Assembly (NCBI GenBank): GCA_050293845.1
Contig: JBNKNM010000019.1
Span: forward strand, 1 to 50,315
Origin: Pseudobacteriovorax sp.
GTDB taxonomy: Bacteria > Bdellovibrionota_B > Oligoflexia > Oligoflexales > Oligoflexaceae
Reading direction: 5' to 3'
DNA: 50,315 nucleotides
Position 1 is the stretch's first letter; each line of letters starts with the position of its first letter. This document shows, piece after piece, positions 19,528 to 29,527 of the stretch. The notes under the pieces are model-generated. The model searched no databases and was not told where the DNA came from. It was given only the letters and a program-made list of their open reading frames with translations. Position numbers and translations under genes: made by a program.

Positions 19528-19537
19528 AATTTACCGA

Positions 19538-20758
19538 CTAGTAATCAGCGACTATTGTAAGTCCAGAATAAGCTCTGTAGCCTCGTACCATGATGTAGTA
19601 AGTACCTGATGCATTCGAAAAGTTGCAGGTTTCATCATTTCCACTAGCGTAAGGTCGGCAATCATAAGAACTCGTTGTCGGCTCAGAACCGAATCTTACG
19701 TAAAGGTCAGCATCACCTGTACCACCGGAAATGTTAATACTCAAGTCACTGGCTTCTGATAGAACAACTGTAAATTTTGTTTCAGAACCTCTCCCTCCAG
19801 ATAGGTTTTCAACAGGTTGTCCTGATTCAAGTGTATCACCTGGATCGGTGGGGGGATTCGTATCAGTTGCTAATAAACTTTTGAACCAGCAAGTAGGACG
19901 AGTTCCTTCGGTATAACCAGTATAGCCTTCTGTTCGCGAACAAGTGTAGGGGACGGATTGCCGCTCTGACTCAGAACTATTGCTTCCTTGGACTCCTGGT
20001 ATGACGTTAGCATCCCATTCGTTATCGTCATTACATAGTGCTCCAGCCATATATGTATCTAACCGACATTGGCCGGCGGGATGTGAGGTAGAGGTTCTAC
20101 TTACTGTAGCTGTATCAGGAGTTTCGTATTGTGATGTCGTTCCCCCTAGTGCAGAAAGGAGGTCAGCTAAAGATTTACCACCAGCCATTGTCCGGTAGCA
20201 AAGGTTCTGATCGTCATCGGTAACCCAAGCAGAATCACAAAGTTCTTTCGCATAGGGGTTAACAGATTCCCTAAAGGTAGCATTTAAGCTCAGGTCATCT
20301 CGCCATAATTCACGGGCGCAGCTGATAGTAGCAAAATAGTCCGACTGACCTTCACTAGCCGCCCAGTTTCCACTATAGAATGGGTAACCACCGACATGGT
20401 GACCAATTTCATGGCAAAGAACAAGGGCAAAGCCATCTCTAGTAACTTCAGGGCGTCTTGCCAACCCTCCATACATATTCACCGACCATGTGCTCCCTGA
20501 GCGAGAAGCACTCGCATTAACTGTGCTATCTGTCCATAGTCGATTAACTCGTAAGCGAGCCCCAAACTGCTCAGAAATAACAGGGCCATAGAAAGCTTCA
20601 GCCTCATCAATGACGGCATTAAACTCGCTTTGATCTATGCTAGTAATACTTGCTAGAGTATCTTGCAAATGAAGATTGTTATCAGGTAAAAACTTTGCCT
20701 GCGCTGCTGATGCATAAAGCACAAGGGGCGACACACCGGCTATTAACTTCGTGAGCAT
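19538..20758 (-). CDS. Secreted zinc metallopeptidase with C-terminal PPC domain
   Basis: Signal peptide (AQA), HEIGH motif with downstream EGQSDYFA, Cys-rich; PPC motif GGTGDADLYVRFGSEPTTSSYDCRPY. Confidence 0.88.
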   Translation of the reverse strand: MLTKLIAGVSPLVLYASAAQAKFLPDNNLHLQDTLASITSIDQSEFNAVIDEAEAFYGPVISEQFGARLRVNRLWTDSTVNASASRSGSTWSVNMYGGLARRPEVTRDGFALVLCHEIGHHVGGYPFYSGNWAASEGQSDYFATISCARELWRDDLSLNATFRESVNPYAKELCDSAWVTDDDQNLCYRTMAGGKSLADLLSALGGTTSQYETPDTATVSRTSTSHPAGQCRLDTYMAGALCNDDNEWDANVIPGVQGSNSSESERQSVPYTCSRTEGYTGYTEGTRPTCWFKSLLATDTNPPTDPGDTLESGQPVENLSGGRGSETKFTVVLSEASDLSINISGGTGDADLYVRFGSEPTTSSYDCRPYASGNDETCNFSNASGTYYIMVRGYRAYSGLTIVADY

Positions 20759-21204
20759 AAATAATTCCTTATAGAAGATTTCTGAACTTTTCCAAACATA
20801 CCTGACCGCTTAGCCAAAATCAATTTAGAATTGAATATCATTTAAAATTAAATTTATGTTATTGGCCCTCAAAAATGCGGGCTCTTTGTATCACAAGTAT
20901 CCTTTTGGTAAACCTCCAGCTCAAGTCTCCCCATACACTTAATAGAGTTAAATTCGATACTTTTTGCCTCGTGCCTCGATTCAGGTAAAGTTAGTAATTT
21001 GATAAGCAAGGAGTTTAAAGAAAAATGCGAACTCAGTCTTTCAGACCCAGGTTCAATAAAAGTAAATCACTTTCTTTGTGAAGTACGAATCAATATAATT
21101 TATTTTACATTATAGGCCGTTTCCCCAATCAGCGCTTCATTGGGATGGGTAATTGCGAAACTAAGTTAATGATGTGCATTATTCAAACTTAAATGAAATC
21201 TTTT

Positions 21205-21233
21205 TTGCAATGAGTAATACTACCTATTATCCT
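21205..21233 (+). promoter_or_regulatory. Candidate sigma70 promoter
   Basis: TTGCAA-N17-TATCCT with no coding gene directly downstream. Confidence 0.5.
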
Positions 21234-21239
21234 GCAATC

Positions 21240-21424
21240 AATCAGTTATATTTACTCTATAACAGAATGTTTTTTGAGAACGCCACATATGGCGAAATTT
21301 TTCTCAAAGATGCGAAACATTCGATATCGGAGATATGACTCAACCCTCGGAATGTGAACGACTCAGCCCTAACGCCCCGAACTTCCAATACTAAGCGGCT
21401 TTCGTCGCTTTTATCTTCTTTTTT
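21240..21424 (+). ncRNA. Candidate ~185 nt small RNA
   Basis: Lies between a sigma70-like promoter and a terminator; three hairpins and a repeated GACTCARCCCT motif; inside a 1.2 kb intergenic region. Confidence 0.5.
21393..21424 (+). terminator. Intrinsic terminator
   Basis: AAGCGGC-TTTC-GTCGCTT stem-loop followed by TTATCTTCTTTTTT. Confidence 0.6.
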
Positions 21425-21969
21425 AACGTTTCTCTGTGAGCGTGCACGGGTAGCTTTCGCTGGCCGCATCTCTTGGTGCTAAGGTGTTCTAGAACAGTAT
21501 TCATGTTTTGAGGATTATCAACGATTTTACAGATTGTTTTATGGCTAAAGTTGAACATAATTTAAAATAAAGGATAAATAAACCCCTGTTTATTTCTTAG
21601 GTCATCCACAAGTTTAAAAAGATCAGATACTTAACTTCAGAACGACCTTCTATGACATACATGCAAACTCCCAAAACCTCATAATTTGGCATATTCAAAA
21701 TGCTGAACATTCTTTTCGCTAAATTAAATGGCACAAAAGCTTTCCGCTCCCCTGCGGGCTTCCTTGAAATTTAAGTTTTAGAAATGAAAAGCTTAGTGAT
21801 TCCAGCATATGACGAAGGAAAATTTGTTATCTTAATGGAAGACTTTCTCTGGATAGCAAAAAATGTCAAAATAACTTTGCCGTCAATTTTTATGCTTCGC
21901 ATCACTATCGCTAATTTTATTGATGCTGAACTTCGGCGCAAATAAATTTACAGCCCGGTAGGTTTTGTC

Positions 21970-22830
21970 ATGTTTAGAAAAAATGCAGCAGTATTGCTAA
22001 TTAAGTGCCCCGATCAAAAAGGACTAATTCTCAAGGTATCGAATTTTATCTTTGAGAATCGAGGCAACATTATCGATTGTGATCAGCATGTGGATCAAGA
22101 GCAAAAAATTTTCTATATGCGGATTAGTTGGAGTCTAGAGAATTTTCTCATCCCCAAAGAAAAAATCCGTGAATATTTCGAAAATCTTGTCGGCAAACCT
22201 CTAGAGATGGACTGGGTTATCCATTTCATGGAACGAAAACCACAGATGGCTATTTTTGTATCAAAGTATTCTCACTGCCTTTTCGATATTCTGGCTCGCG
22301 TACACTCTGGAGAACTAAAGGTAGATGTACCGATAATCATTAGTAATCATAATGAATTTAAAGAAGATATCGAAAAATTTGATATACCGTTTAAGCATAT
22401 TCCTGTTACCAAACAGAACAAAGCAGAGGCTGAAGCCGAGCAATTGGAAGTGCTAAAAAGTTACGACATCGACTTCGTCGTTCTAGCGCGCTACATGCAA
22501 ATTCTTAGCCCTAACTTTGTCTCCCACTATAGGGAAAAAATTATCAATATTCACCATTCTTTCTTACCAGCATTTCCCGGGCCTAAACCTTATCACTCAG
22601 CGTTTAACCGGGGGGTGAAGATCATCGGTGCCACTAGCCATTACGTAACTGATGATCTCGATGAAGGTCCTATTATCGAACAGGATGTTACAAAACTTGG
22701 CTATAAGGACGATGTTCAAGACATGATCCGTAAGGGGCGGGACTTAGAAAAAATAGTCCTAGCCAGAGCGGTATTCAGGCACGTGAACCGCAATCTCATT
22801 GTCAATAATAATCGCACCATTACTTTCTAG
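21970..22830 (+). CDS. purU: Formyltetrahydrofolate deformylase
   Basis: N-terminal ACT domain (CPDQKGL), LARYMQILS, INIHHSFLPAF, GVKIIGATSHYVTDDLDEGPIIEQ. Confidence 0.97.
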   Translation: MFRKNAAVLLIKCPDQKGLILKVSNFIFENRGNIIDCDQHVDQEQKIFYMRISWSLENFLIPKEKIREYFENLVGKPLEMDWVIHFMERKPQMAIFVSKYSHCLFDILARVHSGELKVDVPIIISNHNEFKEDIEKFDIPFKHIPVTKQNKAEAEAEQLEVLKSYDIDFVVLARYMQILSPNFVSHYREKIINIHHSFLPAFPGPKPYHSAFNRGVKIIGATSHYVTDDLDEGPIIEQDVTKLGYKDDVQDMIRKGRDLEKIVLARAVFRHVNRNLIVNNNRTITF

Positions 22831-23243
22831 CGACTCATTTATAGCCTTCGAAAAAGTCTGAAAGTCATTTCGTGAAATTTTTTGCCGCCTCGATATATCG
22901 GCATGTCCACTGATTTTCTATAAACATGCACGGTTACGATACAATTGAGACCTTGTCCCATGGATAGCTTTCCTAATTGAGATTATTGACTCACCAGCTC
23001 AGGGGCATAAGTTTAGGATCTGTGAACTACTTACCTTAGGGCATAATTCGTCCTTTGCATATAAACTGTGACAAAAGAAGCTATTCTTCCGCCCTATTCA
23101 ATCCTAGATAAAATCTTTTCTCTGCATTAAAAAATTGAAAATCTTATCATTTCTATAGCTTACAGATATTTTTCACTATCCCTCCCCGATTCCCGATAGC
23201 TAGGTTGAGAGCCTTTGTCATAGCTATTAGTTGAGGATAACCT

Positions 23244-24305
23244 ATGAAAAATTTATGGCCCTTCCTTATTGGGGGAGCATCTTGTTTATTGCTGAGCTGT
23301 GGCACCAAAGATACCACAGAAGGAACCGACACCGATCTTATAGATGATGAAGTTGCTGCTGAAGCAGCATCTGTCAATATTGAAGAAATATTAGATCTTT
23401 TAAGCGATACCAATGTTACTTCCTCCGCCAATAGCAGTTGGCAGCTGCAATCAAATAGAAATCAAATAGAATACTCTATCAAAAGAACCTGCAGTAAGGG
23501 GGAGCTTGCAACTACAGTCACTGTGGAAAAAAACGTCACGGGTACAATTTCCTATGCAAGAGCAAAGGCCACTATGCTACGAACCGTGGCAGGAAAAGGC
23601 ACAATCGCCAGAAAATGGAGTAAAGATAAGCAAGCCCTAGATTGTCTTGACACGAATCAAGCCGTTGCTTTCGATTGGAGTAAAACGGGCATTACAGGTC
23701 TTATGGTAACGATTAATTTCGAGCGTAACCGCACTGACAGCATTACCAGAACTTTAAAGCGCAACGATCAAGAACTCACTAAACATATCACTTGGTCGGC
23801 AGCAGGGAGCCGTGATATGACCTGGCTTAGCCATATTGACAATGAAGACGGCACCTTCTCACGTACCATAGAAATGTCGTCCCAAGTTACGAGGGAGCGG
23901 CTGATTGCAAACGATCTCCTGGAAAACCAGATCAGCATGAGTCTTAATATCGCTAGCAGTGCAGAATTTCCTTTACAAATAACAACTGTCCGCAACGATG
24001 AAACCTTCAGCCTGGTTAGCAAAACGATCGCATCAGGACAAATAGAAAGTACTGCAGCGTCAGGACAGAAAATAGTGACTACGTTTGATCAACTACAAGT
24101 AAGTTTTTCTGCTGCAAGCTGTCAAATGGTATCTGGTTCGCTACAGCTTACTTTTTTTGAAGTAGATGACACACAAGCTGCTAAAGTATTAAAATTAGAG
24201 GTCGAGGACGGTGAATTTACCATGACAGATATCACCGACTCTGGCAGTCCTCAAACTATCGAAGATTTTGACTATGATCCTTGCCAGCTCGCAAACTTCA
24301 AATAA
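23244..24305 (+). CDS. Hypothetical beta-rich lipoprotein
   Basis: Lipobox LLSC, GAGGA RBS, Thr/Ser-rich beta-strand pattern. Confidence 0.75.
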   Translation: MKNLWPFLIGGASCLLLSCGTKDTTEGTDTDLIDDEVAAEAASVNIEEILDLLSDTNVTSSANSSWQLQSNRNQIEYSIKRTCSKGELATTVTVEKNVTGTISYARAKATMLRTVAGKGTIARKWSKDKQALDCLDTNQAVAFDWSKTGITGLMVTINFERNRTDSITRTLKRNDQELTKHITWSAAGSRDMTWLSHIDNEDGTFSRTIEMSSQVTRERLIANDLLENQISMSLNIASSAEFPLQITTVRNDETFSLVSKTIASGQIESTAASGQKIVTTFDQLQVSFSAASCQMVSGSLQLTFFEVDDTQAAKVLKLEVEDGEFTMTDITDSGSPQTIEDFDYDPCQLANFK

Positions 24306-25761
24306 TCTTCTTATGGGATTTGAGCTCATGCTTTTGAGCTCCTTGTTCATCAGATGCATTGTCGCTCTCCCCCTGTTCCAGATAACGCTTGATATACTCC
24401 CTTCTGAAGGAAAATATATTGTCAATGTCTTTTCTGATAAAAGGTTCTAAAAATTGATTACCAATGATACCAAAAGGAACTTTATAATGAATGGTATCTA
24501 CCATTAGGGTTCCATTCTTGACAGGATAGAATTGATGGGTGTGATGCCATACACTGTAGGGTCCCTTTAATTGGGTGTCCATAAAGCTCCGGTTTTCCTG
24601 CCAATTAAGGATTAAGGTTTTCCATTTTACAGGAATACCATGAATCTTTAACCGATAGTCGATCTCTGAACCTTCCCTAACAGCACCTGAAGTGAGCTTT
24701 TCGATTTTAAACTGCAACAAAGGTGGGGTAATATTTTCTAGATTATAAGGGTTCGAAAAAAAAGCAAAGACTTCATTTACTGAACGATTAATATATTGTC
24801 GCGCGGTAAACGTTTCACAATCAACCAATTTTTCATTGTTCCCCACAGGCTTTCTACCATAAAGCTCACCCAGAGCTCCTTCTAAGAGTGGGTACTGAAA
24901 TTTGAATGATAATTCTTGCAGCCTTTTTGCCTGCACTCTCTGGCCATCCACCGCAATAGTAGCCATTTCCCCTAGACCAAGCTTGATTAAAGAACGCGGT
25001 GCCGGTAGCAAGGCTGGTCGCCCTAATTGCTTGGCTAATTGGTAAGTTAGCTGCTGGTTGCTGACCACATCGGGACTTACACAATTGATAGGGCCATGAT
25101 ATTTATCATTTTTTATAGCCTGCACTATAATTTGGATAAGGTCCTGCTGATGAATCCAGCTGAATGGTTGCTGACCATCGCCAACACGGCCTCCTAATCC
25201 CCACTGAAATATTTTCTTGAGCTTTTCCCCTGCGCCACCACCACGACCTAAAACGACACCAATTCTTAGAATAACCAATCGCTCTGCAATGGTTTGCTGC
25301 TGCCATGTAGCCTCCCATTTGCGGACCAGATGGGAAAGAAAGCCCTCTCCTGGAGGGGAAGATTCGTCACAAGGTTCCCTTGTGTTATTGGGATAGTAGC
25401 CGATAGCTGATGCGGTTATAGCAAATTGAAGAGGTTTTGATTGCGAACGTTCTAATGCAGTAATTAAGAGCTTAGAGCCTTCAACTCTTGATTGTTCCAA
25501 GCGGTGTCGCACAGATTTCGTCCAGCGCTTTGCTGCAATATTTTCCCCAGCTAGATTGATCACCCCTGTAAAGTCTACATCTGGTAAAGTAATTTGTGCT
25601 TCCTTTTCAGAATACTCGATATAATGGATAGGAAGATCCAAACTCTTAGCAGCTCTGTTTTTATTTCTAGTGAGAATATATAATTCGTACCCTTCTGAAA
25701 ATAATTTGTAGACTAAATCTTGACCAATAAAACCAGTTCCACCCACAATTAAAATTTTCAT
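24298..25761 (-). CDS. TIGR01777-family NAD-dependent epimerase-like protein fused to an SRPBCC domain
   Basis: GGTGFIG, INLAGENI, LRIGVVLG, GDGQQPFSWIH; C-terminal VFAFFSNPYNLENITPP and GPYSVWHHTH. Confidence 0.92.
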   Translation of the reverse strand: MKILIVGGTGFIGQDLVYKLFSEGYELYILTRNKNRAAKSLDLPIHYIEYSEKEAQITLPDVDFTGVINLAGENIAAKRWTKSVRHRLEQSRVEGSKLLITALERSQSKPLQFAITASAIGYYPNNTREPCDESSPPGEGFLSHLVRKWEATWQQQTIAERLVILRIGVVLGRGGGAGEKLKKIFQWGLGGRVGDGQQPFSWIHQQDLIQIIVQAIKNDKYHGPINCVSPDVVSNQQLTYQLAKQLGRPALLPAPRSLIKLGLGEMATIAVDGQRVQAKRLQELSFKFQYPLLEGALGELYGRKPVGNNEKLVDCETFTARQYINRSVNEVFAFFSNPYNLENITPPLLQFKIEKLTSGAVREGSEIDYRLKIHGIPVKWKTLILNWQENRSFMDTQLKGPYSVWHHTHQFYPVKNGTLMVDTIHYKVPFGIIGNQFLEPFIRKDIDNIFSFRREYIKRYLEQGESDNASDEQGAQKHELKSHKKII

Positions 25762-25781
25762 GAAGACCTCCTTAAAAACCT

Positions 25782-26804
25782 TTAATGCTGCAAATATTCT
25801 TCGACAATCCCCTGAACAGCCTTAACCCAGGCACCACTACTATTCAGTGCAGGGATGAGTAGAAATTCTTCACCACCTGCTTTTTTGAACTCTTTTTGAG
25901 CTTCCATACCAATTTCTTCAATCGTTTCAAGACAGTCAGCCGTAAAAGCGGGGCACATGACTACCAGACGCTTAATACCACGATTTGCTAGCCCCACAAT
26001 TTGGTCAGCAGTATAGGGCTTAATCCATTCCGCTCGACCTAGCCGTGATTGAAACGCCTGGCTCCATTCAGAGCTATCAAGTTTCAACTCCTTTGATAAG
26101 CAACTACTTGTGGCATAACACTGTGCGCGATAGCAAAAGCGATTCTTAGCTGTAATTTGCTCACAACAATGATCTCCCTGCAGGCAATTGGGAGAGGTTC
26201 GATAGAGGTGGTCTTCAGGTAGTCCGTGATAAGAGAACAGTACATGATCAGGGTTGAAAGCTTCAAGTTGTGGTCTCGCTAGCTCTCCATAAGCTTGGAT
26301 AAAACGCGGATGGTTATAATAATCAGAAATGATGGAGAAAGGGGGAACATTCCATCGCTGGAGCGCTAACTCATAAAGTCTGGCCACTGTGGAACCTGTT
26401 GTTGCAGCAGCATACTGAGGATACAATGGAAAAATCAGTATTTGCGAGCTGCCAGTGGCCTCAATCTCGTCCAGTGCTTGGGATAAGCTAGGGTTTCCAT
26501 ATCGCATCGCCAGCTTAACAGTAGCCCTCTTACCCATAAGAACTTGTAGTTTTTCTGCAAGCTCCTCACCATAAACCATCAGCGGGCTACCCCGAGGGGT
26601 CCAGACCTTTTGATAAGCAGAAGAGGAACGTTTAGGTCTAAAGGGAAGAATAATGAAGTGTACCAGCAACCAACGAAATAGGTAAGGAAGGTTAATAACA
26701 CGCCCGTCCATCAGGAATTCTTTCAAATAGCGTCTGACAGATGTCACACTAGGTTTATTTGGCGTACCGAGATTTATCAGGAGAATAGTAGGTCGTAATT
26801 TCAT
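25782..26804 (-). CDS. hemH: Ferrochelatase
   Basis: LLINLGTP, MRYGNPS, PLYPQY, FSYHGLP, FQSRLG, WIKPYT, FTADCLETIEEI. Confidence 0.97.
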   Translation of the reverse strand: MKLRPTILLINLGTPNKPSVTSVRRYLKEFLMDGRVINLPYLFRWLLVHFIILPFRPKRSSSAYQKVWTPRGSPLMVYGEELAEKLQVLMGKRATVKLAMRYGNPSLSQALDEIEATGSSQILIFPLYPQYAAATTGSTVARLYELALQRWNVPPFSIISDYYNHPRFIQAYGELARPQLEAFNPDHVLFSYHGLPEDHLYRTSPNCLQGDHCCEQITAKNRFCYRAQCYATSSCLSKELKLDSSEWSQAFQSRLGRAEWIKPYTADQIVGLANRGIKRLVVMCPAFTADCLETIEEIGMEAQKEFKKAGGEEFLLIPALNSSGAWVKAVQGIVEEYLQH

Positions 26805-26869
26805 AAAACCTTCTTTTTTGGTAATAATAGATACATCAACTTTTACAGGAATTTAAATTATGATAGCCT

Positions 26870-27841
26870 TTGCCACAGGTTCAATCATCTTTTGAGTCAT
26901 ATGTGCAACTTATTGATCTGGCCCTAAAGCAATACTCAGGCATTATTGCTTATTCTTTGGCAGTTTTTTTGGGATTTTCCCTAAGCCACTTCAAGTTTAT
27001 CAGTGCGGCTTTAACCCGTTTTATTTCGAAGCTCTTGGTGCGCGCACTGTACCCGAGTCTAATTCTCGCGACCATTCCCGTACAATATACCCCGGAGAGC
27101 CTCCTGCGAGACTGGCCAGTTCCGGTACTTGTCGCTATCCTTATCGTCCTGGGTCATCTCATTGGAAAATTCACAGTTGGCTACTTTACTGAACTTTCTA
27201 GTCAGGACTGCGGAACTTTTCGCTTTATGTGCGCCATTCCCAATTATGTGTTCTTACCCCTGCCAATTTGTGAATATTTGTGGGGGCCATCGGCTGTTGC
27301 CATTCTAGTGTTCTCAACCCTTGGAGCTGACCTCACCATGTGGGGTGTTGCCGTCCCTCAACTGCGTCGCGGTCATTGGTTGCAAAACCTACTTAGTATA
27401 CCATTCGTCACTCTTCTTGTGGCAATTTTCATGGTTTTTTCAGAAAGCCAGCCAGCCTTCAAGGAGTCGATCCTGATTCACTATCTCCATGATATCGGCT
27501 CCGCGACCATCCCCCTTTCCCTGTTTTTATTAGGGTGTCATTTTGGGAAGACCCCATGGATCAGGGTTTTTACCCGACTACATTTATTTTTGATTCTCAT
27601 AAGACAGGGCATTATTCCTGGTTTGTTTTTCATATTGATCTTTTGGCTGCCACTCGATGCAAGTTCCAAGCAAATTCTACTGCTAGTGTCTTGTATGCCT
27701 GTAGCTATTGCTAGCGTTATCTTAGCAGAAATGTACCATGGCAATCCTAGGTTTGCAGCCGAGCAAGTACTGCTATCACACCTGTTAGCAATCCCAACGA
27801 CTTATCTATGGCTAGTCTACGCCCTACCCTACCTGGTATGA
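26870..27841 (+). CDS. AEC (auxin efflux carrier) family transporter
   Basis: ~10 TM helices; PNYVFLPLPI, IPLSLFLLG, MPVAIASVILAEMY motifs; start uncertain. Confidence 0.85.
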   Translation: MPQVQSSFESYVQLIDLALKQYSGIIAYSLAVFLGFSLSHFKFISAALTRFISKLLVRALYPSLILATIPVQYTPESLLRDWPVPVLVAILIVLGHLIGKFTVGYFTELSSQDCGTFRFMCAIPNYVFLPLPICEYLWGPSAVAILVFSTLGADLTMWGVAVPQLRRGHWLQNLLSIPFVTLLVAIFMVFSESQPAFKESILIHYLHDIGSATIPLSLFLLGCHFGKTPWIRVFTRLHLFLILIRQGIIPGLFFILIFWLPLDASSKQILLLVSCMPVAIASVILAEMYHGNPRFAAEQVLLSHLLAIPTTYLWLVYALPYLV

Positions 27842-27863
27842 TGTAGAAGGGAGGACATTACCA

Positions 27864-28796
27864 TTGCCCAAGATACAAAAACATTATTTTCTAGCACTCT
27901 TTCTTTGGCTTACTAACTACAATTCCTTGTATGCTGATGACCTTCCAGGAGCCACATGGAGACCATTATTTTCATTATTTTTACCTGGTTACGGTCAATT
28001 CGCGGATGGAGATAAAGCATCAGGTTGGACTTATGCGGGAGTTGCTGGGCTAGGTTTGGTCTGGCAGATCAACAACGCGGAAGCCGTCGAACATATTCAA
28101 GAATCTCCTCAGTACAAAAATGCTTCCGAAGATGAGAGGAAGAATATTGAAAATCATCATCCTATTTTTCAAGAACGCACCATTTCTGGTCAGGTCCAAC
28201 TGGTCACCGGGGGCCTTAGCGCTTATCAATCGTTTCGATCGATAGCACAGCGTCGCCAATTCATAGGAGAATACAGCTTTCTCAACCCACAATACTACGA
28301 AACGCCAACTGATATTCTCGCAGCTCCCTTTAATGTAAAAATGCTAACCCGCCCGACAACAGCCATTCCCCTACTGTTGATTGCTGGGTTGACTGTCCTC
28401 AATAACTCCAACCGGAGTGAAGACTTCAGGTCCGATCCTCTTGATTCCCAGGATTTAGTTTTTACATCTGCCATATCTTACAATGCCGGTACTTCTGAAG
28501 AAGCTATATTTCGTGGATGGATACTGCCATACACCTATGAGAAAACAAACTCTCACTTCTACTCAAATCTCATCCAATCTACGCTTTTTGCTCTAGCACA
28601 CAGAAATCAGGTATCGATCCCCATTATTCAGTTTGGGCTTGGCTATTACTTTGGATGGTTGACCATGAAAAACAACTGGCAGGTTGCCGAGAGTATTTTT
28701 ATTCATAGTTGGTGGGATGTATTTGCTCTTTCCATCCAGTATTCTAATAAACATACAACCCGGATCTTCTTGCCTCCCCTTAAAATGAAGTTTTAA
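27864..28796 (+). CDS. CPBP/Abi (CAAX protease-like) intramembrane metalloprotease
   Basis: EEAIFRG, FALAH and HSWWD motifs; GGGAGG RBS before TTG. Confidence 0.88.
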   Translation: MPKIQKHYFLALFLWLTNYNSLYADDLPGATWRPLFSLFLPGYGQFADGDKASGWTYAGVAGLGLVWQINNAEAVEHIQESPQYKNASEDERKNIENHHPIFQERTISGQVQLVTGGLSAYQSFRSIAQRRQFIGEYSFLNPQYYETPTDILAAPFNVKMLTRPTTAIPLLLIAGLTVLNNSNRSEDFRSDPLDSQDLVFTSAISYNAGTSEEAIFRGWILPYTYEKTNSHFYSNLIQSTLFALAHRNQVSIPIIQFGLGYYFGWLTMKNNWQVAESIFIHSWWDVFALSIQYSNKHTTRIFLPPLKMKF

Positions 28797-29164
28797 TTTC
28801 TCCTGAGGCTATCAACGCAGCTATATAATTCTTCCAAGTCGATGGGCTTTCTTAAGACATCTTCAGCACCAAGAGCTATAGCTTCTTGCTCGCTAGTCTC
28901 GGTGTACCCGGTTATCAGGATAACCTTGGGCTTTTTAGGATTCCAGGCTTTAATGCGCTTCAATAAATCAATACCACTGGTATCTGGCATCCGAACATCC
29001 GAAATCACTATATCAATGTCTTCATTAACAACGATATTAAAAGCGGTGTCCACATCGTTGGCTGTATATGTTTTATAGTTATTATCGTCAAAAATAAATT
29101 GTATCGATTCACAAAGATCAACTTCATCGTCAACTATAAGAATAGAGGCTGACTGTTCTGACAT
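28793..29164 (-). CDS. Single-domain response regulator
   Basis: ILIVDDE, DIVISDVRMP, ILITG and KP residues all intact. Confidence 0.95.
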   Translation of the reverse strand: MSEQSASILIVDDEVDLCESIQFIFDDNNYKTYTANDVDTAFNIVVNEDIDIVISDVRMPDTSGIDLLKRIKAWNPKKPKVILITGYTETSEQEAIALGAEDVLRKPIDLEELYSCVDSLRRN

Positions 29165-29527
29165 TCTATTTCCTTTTCATATCTATAAAGCCGAGGATAT
29201 AAAGGTTAACTTCCATGATTGACGTTCAAAAACATAGGTTTACTAAAGAAATGCATATAGATCTAGGAGGATTTCGAAAATCCAATCTAATTCATTATCT
29301 TAGAATACCTCCCTAGATTCACTAATTGATTTGTGCTACCATTCTCACCCCGAAAATAAGTATAATGTATATTTTAGCCAACCTCCGCCACAATCATTGA
29401 TTTAATCTGCAAAACTAAGATCTTCATACTCCTTATAAAATTTAACCCATTGAGGCCAGAGCGGTACAGTTTAGGGCAGTGGCTGTGCTAAAATTAAGAC
29501 AAGCTAACGCCTGGATAAGGGTTTCCC

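Noticed and set aside
21257..21469. 70 aa minus-strand ORF
   Set aside because: No RBS or motif; the region is better explained by a plus-strand promoter, hairpins and terminator.
21240..21475. 6S RNA, tmRNA, group II intron domain V or retron msr-msd identity
   Set aside because: No end-to-end rod, tRNA-like ends or tag peptide, no proper domain V, and no reverse transcriptase in the window.
29474..29489. GG-N10-GC as a sigma54 promoter for 29528
   Set aside because: Weak -24 context; the overlapping TGcTAAAAT extended -10 explains the site at least as well.
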